This document shows positions 25,945-39,238 of a DNA stretch of 64,000 nt, in pieces (positions within the stretch are counted from its first letter, which is position 1; the number at the start of each line of letters is the position of its first letter). The stretch comes from Octopus vulgaris (taxonomy: Eukaryota). The position numbers were made by a program, and so were the translations under genes. The notes under the pieces were generated by a model. That model was not told the DNA's origin and did not search any database. It was given only the letters and a program-made list of their open reading frames with translations. The stretch spans positions 94,116,001-94,180,000 of the forward strand of contig OX597822.1 of NCBI GenBank assembly GCA_951406725.2, written 5' to 3'.

Positions 25945-27640
25945 GTGATACTGATCACAAAATGGTTAGGGCCAAGTTCAAGTTCAGGTTCCGTAAGAAG
26001 GTTCGTAGTGCTGATGTATGAGTACCAAAGAAAATTGATGTAAAGCAGCTAAAACAACCACAAGTTTCGCAGTTGTTTCAGAAGAGATGCAGCAATGTTC
26101 ATTTTGAAGGTTCATGGTAATCTTTCCGTGATGGAATATATAAAATGGGATCAGAGGTGTTAGGTTTTAAGAGGAGACAACACCGAGACTAGCTTGATTC
26201 CAATGATACAGTGATAAATGAGCTTTTAGCAACAAAGAGGTCCACTCATGAAAAGTTTCTTAACCCAAACGTTAAGAACAAAGTGTAACTAGAAAAGTTG
26301 TACAAATCTCAGAAAGCAGACGTGCAAAAAGAACTCAGGAGGCTTAAAGACATTTGGTGGAGAAATTTGTCTGATGAAGTACAGGCAGCCTATGACAGGA
26401 AAGACATTAAAAGTTTCTACAGTTTATTGTGGCAAGGTTTTGGACTGCAATCTTCATCATCATATGTTCCCTTGAAATCGAAAGATGGAAATGAGGTTAT
26501 CAAAGATCCTCCTGGAATAATGAATAGATGGAGAGAACACTTTTCAGGTCTTTTCCACAATCCGTCTTCAGGGAGGCACAGTGGATTGTTTTGTGTAAAC
26601 TTGGTTGTCCAACACATTTTGTGAGCATGTCTAAGGAACTACACAGAAACATAAAAGCTCAGGTAGTCTTTAATGGTGAGCTGTCTTCCTGCCCCTACAC
26701 TTTTCCCTATTTATTTTGCTGCTTTATTTTGGTATGTTTTCAAGGATTGCAACTGGAGAATCAGAATCAGATTTCAAAATACTTGTTAGAGAATTACTTT
26801 ATGCTGATGATGCTGATTTTTTGGCAAACTCATAGGGGGATGTGCAACATTTAATGGACAGATTTTCCACTGCTTGTGTACATTTCGGACTCACAATTAG
26901 TTTGGGGAAAACCAAAGTAATGTTTACTCCCATGCCAGGACAAACATATCCTGAACCAAACATTTTTGTGAATGGAACAAGGTTAGAAGTCGTTGATACT
27001 TTTGTTTACCTAGGAAGCACACTGTCAAAAGAGATTGTAGTCTTGATGCAGAGATATACTATCAAATAGGGAAGAGAAGTGTTGCATTTGGAAAGCTTGA
27101 AAAACAAGTATGGGCAGATAGAGGTATTTACCTGCAGGCAAAAATCAGTGTCTATAAAGTGGGTGTATTGTCTCCACTTCTTTATTCAAGTGTGACATGG
27201 ACCACTTACAAGCATCACATAACAATGCTCAAGTGATTTCATCAAAAGTGCCTCAGACGTATCTTAGGAGTCAAGTGGGAACATTTCATACCAGATACAG
27301 AGGTTTTGTGCATGGCACATTGCAGCTCAGTTGAACAACATGTTATCTTGGCTCAAAAGAGATGGACTGGACAGGTTATTAGAATGAAAGATGAGCATTT
27401 GCCAAAGTGTCTTTTTATGGTGAGCTCAACTCTGGTAAGCAACTACAACATAAGCTGAGTAAAAGGTATACAGACTGTGTGAAGGAAAACCTGAAGAAAC
27501 AAGATATGAACAAAAGTGATTGGGAAATGATGCTCTAGTGGAGAGGTGCTGTTAGGACTGGTTGTAATGCCTGGGAAAAAAAGACGATTCCGCCATCTGA
27601 ACTTAAAAAGACCTGTCGCAAAGGAACAATTAGAACTGTA
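25945..27640 (+). mobile_element. degenerate RTE/BovB-like LINE
   Basis: DTDHKMVR, RWREHFS, YADDA, GLTISLGKTKVM, FVYLGSTLS; many stops and deletions. Confidence 0.85.
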
Positions 27641-27671
27641 ATGAACAGTGAACATTGGGTATATATTATAT

Positions 27672-27960
27672 GTTAAGTTAAGTTAAGTTAATTTTTTGGC
27701 TCAAAAAGCAAAGAGCAAGGCCATGTAGGGGGACATGGAGTTATGTACAGGGTGGTGTTCATGCAAAGAGTTCAGGCCATTTGTGGTCAAGGGAGACTTT
27801 GAACCGAGTGGTCGTCGGCATCTTCACTATCTCGTCTGGCAGCTTATTCCACGGATCCGCAACCCGGACGGAGAAAGCCCCTCTCCTTCGATTGAGATGA
27901 AATCGTTGCAGATAGAGCTTTTCAGAGTGACCCCGCAGCCGACGCTGTGATCGTGTTCTA
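27672..27960 (-). mobile_element. CR1-like LINE 3' end with (taact)n tail
   Basis: RGHSEKL...RRGAFSVRVADPWNKLPDEIV...FKVSLD. Confidence 0.8.
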
Positions 27961-28343
27961 TTGTCAAAAGCAGGATACGTGAACCACATGAAGTCACATG
28001 AAAATCGTAATGCTCAGATAGGTTATGATCTTGGACACCAACCACCTCTTACAACATGTATCTAATGTTAAAAAACTTGTAAGACAATATCTGGACTTAA
28101 ATGACATATACTAGTTCACAAAAACATTCCTTCAGAATCAGATTCTAAAGGGCAAGGATATAGAAGAAACTTAAGTAATATGTCACTTGTGTTTTAAACC
28201 TTGTCAGTCAGCAGCTGTTCTTAAAAGTGATCTAAGGGCTCATCAATGGAGTTAATGTACTATGTGATGGGGTGTGGTGTGTGTGTTGATGGGACAGCTA
28301 TCATCTTTCAAGATGAAGCAATCATCATAAATATATACATACG

Positions 28344-28374
<31 letters not shown>

Positions 28375-28420
28375 ATAAAGGGAGGCTTTTCGCTCCTCCC
28401 CCATATTTTGAAGAGGTCTT

Positions 28421-28508
28421 AGGCCAACAGGTTTTGGGATCTGATGGTATGCCATAAAGCTAAACCCTTTATGGACAGGAAACGCAGGGTAATCCCATAA
28501 ACCGGCCT
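28421..28508 (+). ncRNA. type I hammerhead ribozyme-like fold (A9G variant or decayed)
   Basis: aggcc..ggttttgggat CTGATGG tatg ccataaag/ctttatgg acag GAAA cgcagggt A atcccataaacc ggcct. Confidence 0.65.
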
Positions 28509-28956
28509 TCCCCATTAAAATACATACATATATATATATATATATATATGTTTAAATATCAGAAAGTCTCACTGTGGCTGTAATAAGAATGTAAACCCTT
28601 TTCAATTACATCACTGATATACAGAAAAAAGAGTGGAGAACTTCCTTTTTCTGTGCATCAGTTGCTTAGATGGAATGTTTTTTACCCTTTTATTTTACAT
28701 TGAGGTTTTATGATTTATACTTTAATGTGCAAAGATATAGATTTTGTTTAATTAATGGAAAGCTCTCAAAGGCATGAATTTGCCACATATATTCACACAG
28801 ACATACACATACACAAGTATACACAGGCAGAGAACAGACATACATGTCTGTTTGCATGCTTGCATACACACACACACAAGCTTGTGCAATTCATAATATC
28901 AGTTCCAGTCTTCACATAATGCACTTCTTCCACCCTTTTTTTTTCTCTTCCACCAG

Positions 28957-29339
28957 AATTATTCATGAATCTGTCAAAACTCAAGGAAACTTCTGATAGG
29001 CTGGTTGATGAGGAAGTTCCTCTCGAATCCTTTAATCTGCTTGGGATAGAGCAGGAAGTCAAAGAAGAATCACCACCGCAGACGCCAGCAGTAGAATTAG
29101 ATGCTGATCCTCTGCATCCAACTGACTCTCAATTAGAATGTGAAGTAGAGTCTGATGAGTTCACTTCTGATGTGTATTCTTTTGAGTCAAGTGAACAGGT
29201 ATCAGAGGAAAGTGAAGCACCCATTGTAGAGATGCAAAGCAAGACCTGTAATTGCTACAGTACACGACCTGTGAGAGAAAACAAGGAATATAAGATACCT
29301 TTTTCCCAGTTGACTATTCTCAACCTTGCCCACAACAAT
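28957..29339 (+). CDS. XRRA1: XRRA1-like exon ending ...IPFSQLTILNLAHNN
   Basis: polypyrimidine tract plus ccag acceptor, aat|gtaggt donor, LRR resembling XRRA1 PFPELRYLSLAYN. Confidence 0.8.
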
Positions 29340-29597
29340 GTAGGTGGTTTTTTTTATTCTTTATATTTTTAAAATAATTATTTATATATTTTAATCCTTT
29401 CGTCACTTAGTATAGTAGAAGATACTTGCCCTAGATCCTACTGCATGGCATCTTGGGCAAGTACAAATGTATTTTGCTGTACTCCCAGGCCAGTTAAAGC
29501 CTCAGTGGATTTGGTTGATGGAAACTGAAAGAAACTTATATGTGTATGTATATAATCACCTGTGCGTCTGTCTGTATGTAATATATGTATGTATATA

Positions 29598-30812
29598 CAG
29601 GGGTTGGACAAAATAATGGAAACACCTAGCATCATAATTTTGAAATATCTATAAAGACGTCAAAAACTTGTTTATTTTTATATTTTTTTTATTTATTATT
29701 AGTGTTGCTTAATATGTTTTGCTAAAATTGCTGTTTCTTTTCAGATATCATCAGAAAAAGGTAATTAAAATTCATTAAAATGACAGATCTATCGGACTTT
29801 CAAAGAGGTCAAATTATTGGTGCTCGTATGGCAGGCGCTAGCGTAATGAAAACAGCTGAAATGTTTGGTGTATCAAGAAGTACAGTCTTGAAAATAAGAC
29901 AGCCTCTGAGAAAGAGGGAAAAAGCCTCCACATCGAAACAAAACTCCAGAAGAAAACCAAAACTTTCAGATAGGGACTGTTGGACTCTTGCACGGATTGT
30001 TAGAAAGGATCACAAAAGTACAGCTCCCAAAATTACTGCAGAGCTTAATGATCACCCTGAGAACCTAGTTTCCACAAAAACTGTTTGCCAGGAGCTGCAC
30101 AAAGCCGGATTTCATGGGAGGGCTGCAATCAGAAAACTACTACTTTCAAAAACAAACATTGCAAAGCATTTAGAGTGGAGTAAAAACCTACAGAATTGGT
30201 CCCTGGAGCAGTGGAAGAATATCATTTTCTTGGACAAGCCATCCTTTACCTTATCTCTAACCACCAGGTATATGTGTGGAGACAGCCAAAAGAACCATTT
30301 GGCACAGACTGCCTTCTTCTAACTGTTAAACATGGAGGAGGATCTGTGATGATCTGGGGGTTGTATCTTGGAAATCCACCGGCCCAATGGTTTTCCTTCC
30401 TGACAGAATTAATAGTCAAGACTATTTAAGCATTTTATGGGATCAAATTCATCCTATGGTTGCAGAATTGTTTCTGGAGGGAAATGCAATCTTTCAGGAT
30501 GATAATGCACTAATTCACACAGCTAAAGTTATTACTGAATGGCACAAGGAACATTCTAGTGAAGTTGAACATCTTATCTGGCCACCACAGTCTCCAGATC
30601 TCAATATTATTGAACATTCATGGTGCAGTTTAGAAAATCAAGTAAGGAGTCGATATCCTCCACCATCATCACTACAAGAACTGGAGACTTTTAGCTGGAG
30701 AATGGACAAAAATTCGTTTGGAAACAATTCAAACTTTGAACGAGTTCATACCTTGTAGAATTCAAGCTGTAATTACTGCCAAAGGTGGTGCTAGCCCATA
30801 TTAAAATAAATT
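29598..30812 (+). mobile_element. Tc1-like transposon relic lacking its right TIR
   Basis: TA|caggggttggacaaaata left TIR; MTDLSDFQRGQI, TVKHGGGSVMIWG, FQDDNA, WPPQSPDLNIIEH across frameshifts. Confidence 0.9.
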
Positions 30813-31893
30813 TACCTTATTTACATTATTTACATTATTTAAGAGTTCATCAAATATCTTGGAAAAGATAAATATACAATTTATTTATGAAATAATGGTG
30901 TAATATATATGCTTATTGATTGACAAAATATGGATTTCTAATTTCTTTATTTGTTAATTATAATTTAGATACGTACATTTATTTAATTCTTCTTCTTCTT
31001 ATAATTATTATATGTGGACTAAAATATAAAAGTATTAAGTGTGATTGATTTATGAAATAGTTTGTAACATAAAATATTATAGTATAGGTAGTGAAAAGTT
31101 TTTATTTTTTGTACTATTGAATTTAATAATAATAATAAGTACTTTTGTTATTCCCTTAATAAGCGAAATATTAGATCTAGACATATAAACTCTAAGTTAC
31201 TCTTTTACTCTTTTACTTGTTTCAGTCATTTGACTGCGGCCATGCTGAAGCACCGCCTTTTAGTCGAGCAAATCGACCCCAGGACTTATTCTTTGTAAGC
31301 CCAGTACTTATTCTATCGGTCTCTTTTGCCGAACCCCTAAGTGACGGGGACATAAACACACCAGCATCGGTTGTCAAGCAATGCTAGGGGGACAAACACA
31401 GACACACAAACACACACATACATATATATATACACATATATACGACAGGCTTCTTTCAGTTTCCATCTACCAAATCCACTCACAAGGCATTGGTCGGCCC
31501 GGGGCTATAGCAGAAGACACTAGCCCAAGATGCCACGCAGTGGGACTGAACCATGTGGTTGGTTAGCAAGCTACTTACCACACAGCCACTCTTAAAACTT
31601 TTTACTTCATAAAATATCTTCGAGAGAATAAGTATACATTTTATTTGATAAAAAATGGTGAAATTTATATGATTATTGATAAAAAAAAATATGTATTTCT
31701 AATTTTTTTATTTGTTAATTATAATTTAAGAAACGTACATTTATTTAATTATTCTTATTATTATAATTATTATATGTAACTAAAATCTAAAAGTATTATT
31801 TGTGGTTGTTTTGTGAAATAGTTTGTAACATAGAATATTATAGTATAGGTAGTGAAAAGTTTTTTTTAATTTTTTCTTTATATACTATTGAAT

Positions 31894-31936
<43 letters not shown>

Positions 31937-32571
31937 GTACTTTGTTTACTCTATCAATGAGTGAAATATTAGTTCTAGACATAAATTAATTTACTTATAT
32001 AACGAGTTTCAATTATTTGTTAGTATATTTTTGAAATATATACAAAATACTATTGCAGGGTTGTGGCTGCAGTATTATTGATATAAGATATATTATAAGT
32101 CTACACATGTTTGTATAGGGTTTTTAGTACATAGTTAGAATCTGATCAAATTAGATGTTTATTTAATTAATAAATTAATATATAATTTAATTAATTAATG
32201 AATATAGATTAAATTATAGTAATTTAGCTTAACTTAAGTGTATGATGTAATTTATGTATTTTTATTTTAATTAATTGGACTCTTATATTTTTCCAGTAAA
32301 GATATATTATAGTTTGTTTAGATTATTCTCAAAGCTAAAATATATCTTTACATATAAAATATATATTTCTATCTATTTACTCTATTTTTTACGTTAGGTT
32401 TTTAACTTTATAAATGTATTATAAACACTTTGTCCTACTTTTTAAGTTTAAAATTTAGTCAATGGAATTTCTTCTATAAGAAGAATCATGTTTTTATTTC
32501 TTCAAGATATATATTTTTTAATTCTGTTTGATTATTTATTAAAAATAAGTATTTATTTAACTATTATTGTT

Positions 32572-32677
32572 GACCTGAGGAGTGACTATACTTTTAAATT
32601 GAATTATTTTTGGATCGATTAAAGTTCAATTTAATTGTAATTCGAATTGAAGATATAGCCACGAAACGTACGTAGTC
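32572..32677 (+). ncRNA. type I hammerhead ribozyme with long stem II
   Basis: gac CTGAGGA gtgactata...tatagccac GAA ACGTACGT A gtc. Confidence 0.78.
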
Positions 32678-32830
32678 TATTTACTAATTATATACTGTTT
32701 ATTTATTATTATGTACTTTATTGTGATCTAGGTAAATGTTTTATCATACATTTCATATATTCCATTTTTTTCTATATGGTATGATTTATGTCTATCATTG
32801 TTTGATTTACATAATAGTGGTTTTTCTCCA

Positions 32831-32869
<39 letters not shown>

Positions 32870-33509
32870 CACATACATACACACACACATCATCATCATC
32901 ATCATCATTGTTTAACATATGCTTTCCATGCTGGCATAGGTTAGACAATTTCACTGAGCTCTGGCGAACAAGATGGTTGCACCAGGCTCCAATCTGATCT
33001 GGCAGTGTTTCTACAGCTGGATGCCCTTCCTAGCGCCAACCACTCCAAGAGTGTAGTGGGTGTTTTTACATGCCACCGGCATGAGGGCCAGTCAGGTGGT
33101 ACTGGCAAGGGCCATGCTCAAATGGTGTTTTTTACGTGCCACCTTCACAGGAACCACTCCAGCAGCACTGGCAATGACCTCACTCAAATGTGTTTTCACG
33201 TGCCAGTAAGGCGATGTTAATAACAACGATGCTTGAATGGTGCTTTTTTACGTGCCACTGGTATGGAAGCCAGTCAGCTGCTCTAGCAATGATCATGCTC
33301 AGATGGTGCTCTAAGTGCTCTACTAGCACGGATGCCAGTCATCGAATTTGATTTTAATTTAGATTTCACTTGCCTCAACAGGTCTTCGCAAGCAGAGTTT
33401 AGTGTTCAATGAAGGAAAGGTATGCTTAACAGAGCTGGTTACACCCCTGACATAGGCCACAGGTTATAGTCTCACTTGACTTGCCGGATGTTCTCACACA
33501 CATACCTAT

Positions 33510-33545
<36 letters not shown>

Positions 33546-33792
33546 GTATATATATTAAAGCAATAAAGTTAAAGTCTGGTCATAGAGTGACCAATAGTTG
33601 TCATGTATCATATATCTGAATAAAAAACACACTCTAAAGACTTAAAATTTATTGCTTTAATACTTTACTGCTCTATACTTTAGATTGTGCTTCTTATTCG
33701 GATATATGATGCATTGACAATACATACACACACACATACATACATACATACATACATACATACATACATACATACATACATACACACATATA

Positions 33793-33844
<52 letters not shown>

Positions 33845-34010
33845 TAGGAAGGGCAACCTTGGTGTTAGGAAGGGCATCCAGCTGTAGAAACTCTGCCAGA
33901 TCAGATTGGAGCCTGGCGCAGCCATCTGGTTCGCCAGTCCTCAGTCAATCGTCCAACCCATGCTAGCATGGAAAACAGACGTTAACCGATGATGATGATG
34001 ATGATGATGA

Positions 34011-34061
<51 letters not shown>

Positions 34062-34063
34062 CA

Positions 34064-35387
34064 AGTAACAAACACCATCCGATGGTGGCCGTTTGCCAGC
34101 CTCATCTGGCACCTGTGTCGGTGGCACATAAAAACACCATCCGAAGACCCGGCAAGACTAGTCAGGCCATAACCCGTGGCCCCTACCTGGGACGTAGTCA
34201 GTCCACCTGTGCATACCTTCCTTCTTGTGACACTTGTGAAGACCTTTTGAGGCAAGTGAAAAAATCAAAACAAATCAAAATAGATGAACATCAATGGAAT
34301 TTGTATCTTTGTGATACCAGTACGGTGGCACACAAGAAAACCATCCGAACGTGGCCGTAGCCAGTACCGCATCGACTGGCCTCCGTGCTGCGGGCACGTA
34401 ACAAACACCATCCGATCATGGCTGTTCGCCAGCCTCATCTGGCACCTGTGTCGGTGGCACATAAAACACCATCCGAAGACCCGGCAGGACTAGTCAGGCC
34501 ATAACCCGTGGCCCCTACCTGGGACGTAGTCAGTCCACCTGTGCATACCTTCCTTCCTTCTTGTGACACTTGTGAAGACCTGTTGAGGCAAGTGAAAATC
34601 AAATCAAAACAAATCAAAATAGATGAACATCAATGGAATTTGTATCTTTGTGGAAATTAGTGCCGGTGGCACACAAGAAAACCATCCGAACGTGGCCGTA
34701 GCCAGTACCGCATCGACTGGCCTCCGTGCTGCGGGCACGTAACAAACACCATCCGATCGTGGCTGTTCGCCAGCCTCATCTGGCACCTGTGTCGGTGGCA
34801 CATAAAAACACCATCCGAAGACCCGGCAAGACTAGTCAGGCCATAACCCGTGGCCCCTACCTGGGACGTAGTCAGTCCACCTGTGCATACCTTCCTTCCT
34901 TCTTGTGACACTTGTGAAGACGTGTTGAGGCAAGTGAAAATCAAATCAAAACAAATCAAAATAGATGAACATCAATGGAATTTGTATCTTTGTGGTACCA
35001 GTGCCGGTGGCACACAAGAAAACCATCCGAACGTGGCCATAGCCAGTACCGCATCGACTGGCCTCCGTGCTGCGGGCACGTAACAAACACCATCCGATCG
35101 TGGCCGTTCGCCAGACTCATCTGGCACCTGTGTCGGTGGCACATAAAAACACCATCCGAGCGTGGCCGTCTGCCAGCCTCGTCTGGCACCTTTGTCGGTG
35201 GCACATAAAATCACCCACTACACTCTCGGAGTGGTTGGCGTTAGGAAGGGCATCCAGCTGTAGAAACACTGCCAGATCTGACTGGCCCGGTGCAGCCTTC
35301 GGGCTCCCCAGACCCCAGTTGAACCGTCCAACCCATGCTAGCATGGAAAACGGACGCTAAATGAATGATGATGATGATGATGATGAT
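34064..35387 (+). repeat. tandem array (~335-341 bp, ~3.3 units) of an RTE 3' region ending in one complete 3' terminus
   Basis: aacaaacaccatccgat recurs at ~34068, 34400, 34741, 35082; ends in (gat)n. Confidence 0.9.
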
Positions 35388-35871
35388 ATATTGGTAAAAC
35401 GGTAAGATAACAAAAGAAAGAAAGCGACCTCAATATTATGTAAATAGAGGAAATTTATCTATAAAATAATATGTTACATGACTATCGAGTAATGTAACAC
35501 ATTATTTTATATATATATATATTTAAAAATTGAGGGAGATAAATTAATATTAATTTTAATATCAATTTAAAACCAGTAGTCCAGCATTCAAAAAATCTGA
35601 GGAGTCAGAGAAAATTCAAATATACATATATATATATATGTTTACCATCATGGAGACTCTTACAGTAGTTAGTAGAAATGGGATTTTTAACTCCTTTTTC
35701 TAATTTCTGTATGTGGTGAAGCAATTAGCTGAACCCTAATTATAATTATGTGGATAATTTTACCTATAAAGGTTATTTTAACATACCGATCTACTTGGTA
35801 AAATTGTTAATTAATTGATTAATTAATTAATTAATTAATTTAATTAATAAATTTTAACCTTCTTTTATTAA

Positions 35872-35913
<42 letters not shown>

Positions 35914-35957
35914 TACATACACATACACACATATACATAATATATATATATTATATA

Positions 35958-35992
<35 letters not shown>

Positions 35993-36559
35993 GTTATATA
36001 TTTATGCATGCTTACACACATACACACACATGCACATGTGCATGCATTCATTTATTCATTCATTCATTCTGAGTTTCCAATTTCAAGAAACATGACTTGG
36101 GTAACAATAAAAGCAAAATAAAATGGAATGGAATGGAAATGTAGTAACACAAGGAAGTAAATAATAAATACAGCTGTTTCTTCATTTGTTTGTTCCAATT
36201 AATATTTTATTAAATCTTCAACAAAGGCCTCATCTGAATTATGATTCAGTCTCTTTTGCTTTGTGACTCTGAGTATTTTATTTACCATTTGATATGATTG
36301 TTTTCTAGCAATTATTTTTTTTTTTGCTTCCGCACATATTAGCCAGTCTCATACTGAGCATGTCTTTATCTTTTTCAATGACCTCGTATCTTTTTTCCTG
36401 TCTTTCTTTTCAGCTCTCTCCTCTCTTTTGTAGAAAAGAAAAAAAACAGAGGAAATGGTTATTCCTATGATCACCAAATATAATTTCATGATCAATTGAA
36501 TTAATAGTGATTAGCAAAAGACACAAATCAACAACAACAATAATAACGATGATAATGAT

Positions 36560-36746
36560 TTGAACAGTTGGATAGAGGAAATAGGTATAAAACCTAGTTT
36601 AGTGCAGCTCCAGAAAACAGTATTATTAGGGAGAGCTAGGATACTTAGGAAGGTTCCTGGCATCTAAAGATACTTGTTGTAGCCTGATTTCAAGAATTCT
36701 TTTTTCTAACAGTCTAAACTGTTATGCATATATATATATAAAATAA

Positions 36747-36790
<44 letters not shown>
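36560..36790 (+). mobile_element. R4/Dong-like 3' fragment followed by (TAA)n
   Basis: LQKTVLLGRARILRKV C-terminal motif. Confidence 0.65.
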
Positions 36791-37081
36791 TAATAATTAT
36801 TATTATTATTATTATTATTATAATCATATCCTACGCAAAATACTTTCTATGTTCATATCCTACGCAAAATACTTTCTATGTAATCTCAAGGTTTAAAACA
36901 AACATAATTTTCGTTTTTTTTTTTAGACATTCACTAGTACAACAACCCCCAACCCCCCAACCCCCAAATATATGGCACACTAGGCATAACAACAACATGA
37001 ACTTCCAACCTGTTGTCTCTTGAGGTCTCTTGGTGAGACTTGGAGCCAACTTGTACAAATATAAAGCAAAAGTCAAACATA

Positions 37082-37124
<43 letters not shown>

Positions 37125-37128
<4 letters not shown>

Positions 37129-38700
37129 GTAGAAATCAGGAGGGGCATCTTCCAGGGGAGAGTGACTATCCCCACTGATCTTTGTACTGTGCTTGATACC
37201 ACTAACACTGACTCTGAAGAAAGCAAAGGCTGAGTATGTATTCAAAATCCGCCAACAAAAAGTCAACCATTTGTTATTCATGGATGACCTCAAACTTTAT
37301 GATAAAGATGAAGCCTAAGTCAGTCCCCTCATTGATACGGTGTATACCTTCAGTGCTGATATCAGAATGGAGTTCGGACTGAGAAAGTGTGGTGTGTTAG
37401 TCTTGAAGAGAGGCAAAATCAAATGTCTGGATGGGCTGTCGATACCAGATAGAAGAGACGGGCTATAAATACTTGGGGATTTGGGAAATGGATAAATTAG
37501 AGAAAGAAATGACACAAAAATTTAAGGTGGAGTACTTGCGCAGACTGAGACTGATCCTTAAGTCAAAATTAAATGGACGGAATAAGATTGAAGCTATCAA
37601 CACCTGGGTGGTTTCACTCCTTAGATATGGAGCAGGGGTAATTGCATGGACAGTAGATGATCTAAACATCTTAGACAGAAAGACAAGGAAGTTGCTTACT
37701 AGATATGGGACACTCCACCCAAAAAGTGACACAGACAGACTGTATGTACCAAGAAAAAGAGCATTAGAGCAGAAGAAAACAATGTAGCATAGTATATAAA
37801 AATGCCACAGAACCGCTATTATTAAAAGTAAGAAGGTCAGGCCTGTGTAGGATGAAAGATTGCAAAGATAAAGCACTGTACAAGCAATTGAAAACGAATG
37901 AAACTGAAAATAGGTGGGTAAAGAAAAGAGTGCATGGACAATTTCTTAGGGATGTTGAAGATAAGACAGACAGAGGAAAAAATGGCTGTGGATAACTAAA
38001 AGTGATTTAAAACCAGAAACAGAGGCTTTAATCTGTGCTGCCTAAGAGCAAGCACTAAGAACAAACTACATAAACTATAGAATAGACAACACATCAGAAA
38101 GTGATAAGTGCAGAATCTGTGGACAAAATGGTGAAACCGTATGGCATATTACCAGTCAATGTACGCCATTAGCCCAGAAAGAATATAAGAGATGCCATGA
38201 CAATATAGCAAGGCTTATCCATTGGACACTTTGCAACAATTCTGGATTTGACAGAGTAAAAAATTGGTATGACCACAAAACTGAAGGCATCATCGAACAT
38301 GATAATGCAAAGATCCTGTGGTATTTTGTGATATAGCATAGATATAGCATGCCCAACTGACAACAAGGTATGTGATAAGGAAGAAAGAAAAGTCGATAGA
38401 TATGACAGGTTAGCTTGGGAGGTTAAGCAGTTGTGGTCGATGAAAAAGGTGGCAGTGGTACTAATAATTGTCAGAGCCCTGGGAACAGTGAGTAAAAATC
38501 TTGAGAAGTAGATAGAACAAATTGATGCTGCAATAAGGGTGGAGCACTTGCAGAAAACAGCATTGCTTGGAACCGCTTGAATACTCCAGAATGTGCTAAA
38601 AAAATAAATGGTGTTACCTTAGTTCACTGGTAGTGAACAGCTGACACCGTAGTACATCTCTAGCATTAGAAGCTGTGCAAAGAAAATAATGATAATAATA
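37125..38700 (+). mobile_element. R4/Dong-like non-LTR retroelement relic in (TAA)n
   Basis: RGIFQG, NHLLFMDDLKLY, YKYLG, KIEAINTW, CRICGQ..ETVWHI..C...HDNIA, LQKTALLGTA. Confidence 0.88.
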
Positions 38701-39238
38701 ATGGTTTCAAAATTTGGCACAAGGCCAGCAGTTTTGTGCTAGGCAGCTTGTCAATTACATCAGCCCCAGTGCTCAACTGGAATTTATTTTAACCTTGAGA
38801 GGCAAAATTGACTCAATAGAATTTGAACTCAGAACGTAAAGATAGATGAGATGATTTGACTTATGCAATATGGTACTGGAAACAACTGGTAAACCTGGGA
38901 CCAAACTTGGTGAAATTTATATTAAAATGGAGTGGAGTAGTGATGAAGGCTAAGATAAAAAGGATAAAGGCCCTCTCCAGTCATGAATGACCATAGGATG
39001 ACACCTAGAAAGGAATCGAACTCACTACCTCATGATTATGAGCCTAATGCTTTTACCACTGAGCCATGTGCCTTCACTGGGATATCTATGTTGTAAATCT
39101 ACATCTGGGCATTTGCCCATTTGTACCTGCTAAATCACTACCTACTGTTTATCTAGTCATTTTTGAAACCCTTTCATCTTTGGATCATCTTTTCCCATTC
39201 ACTGAACCAGTCATCTATGAAATGAGAGGAAAATATTA

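Noticed and set aside
24928-26043. 371-aa ORF with EIPVSx repeats as a real protein
   Set aside because: Read-through of a LINE fragment into an 18-bp minisatellite that is open in several frames
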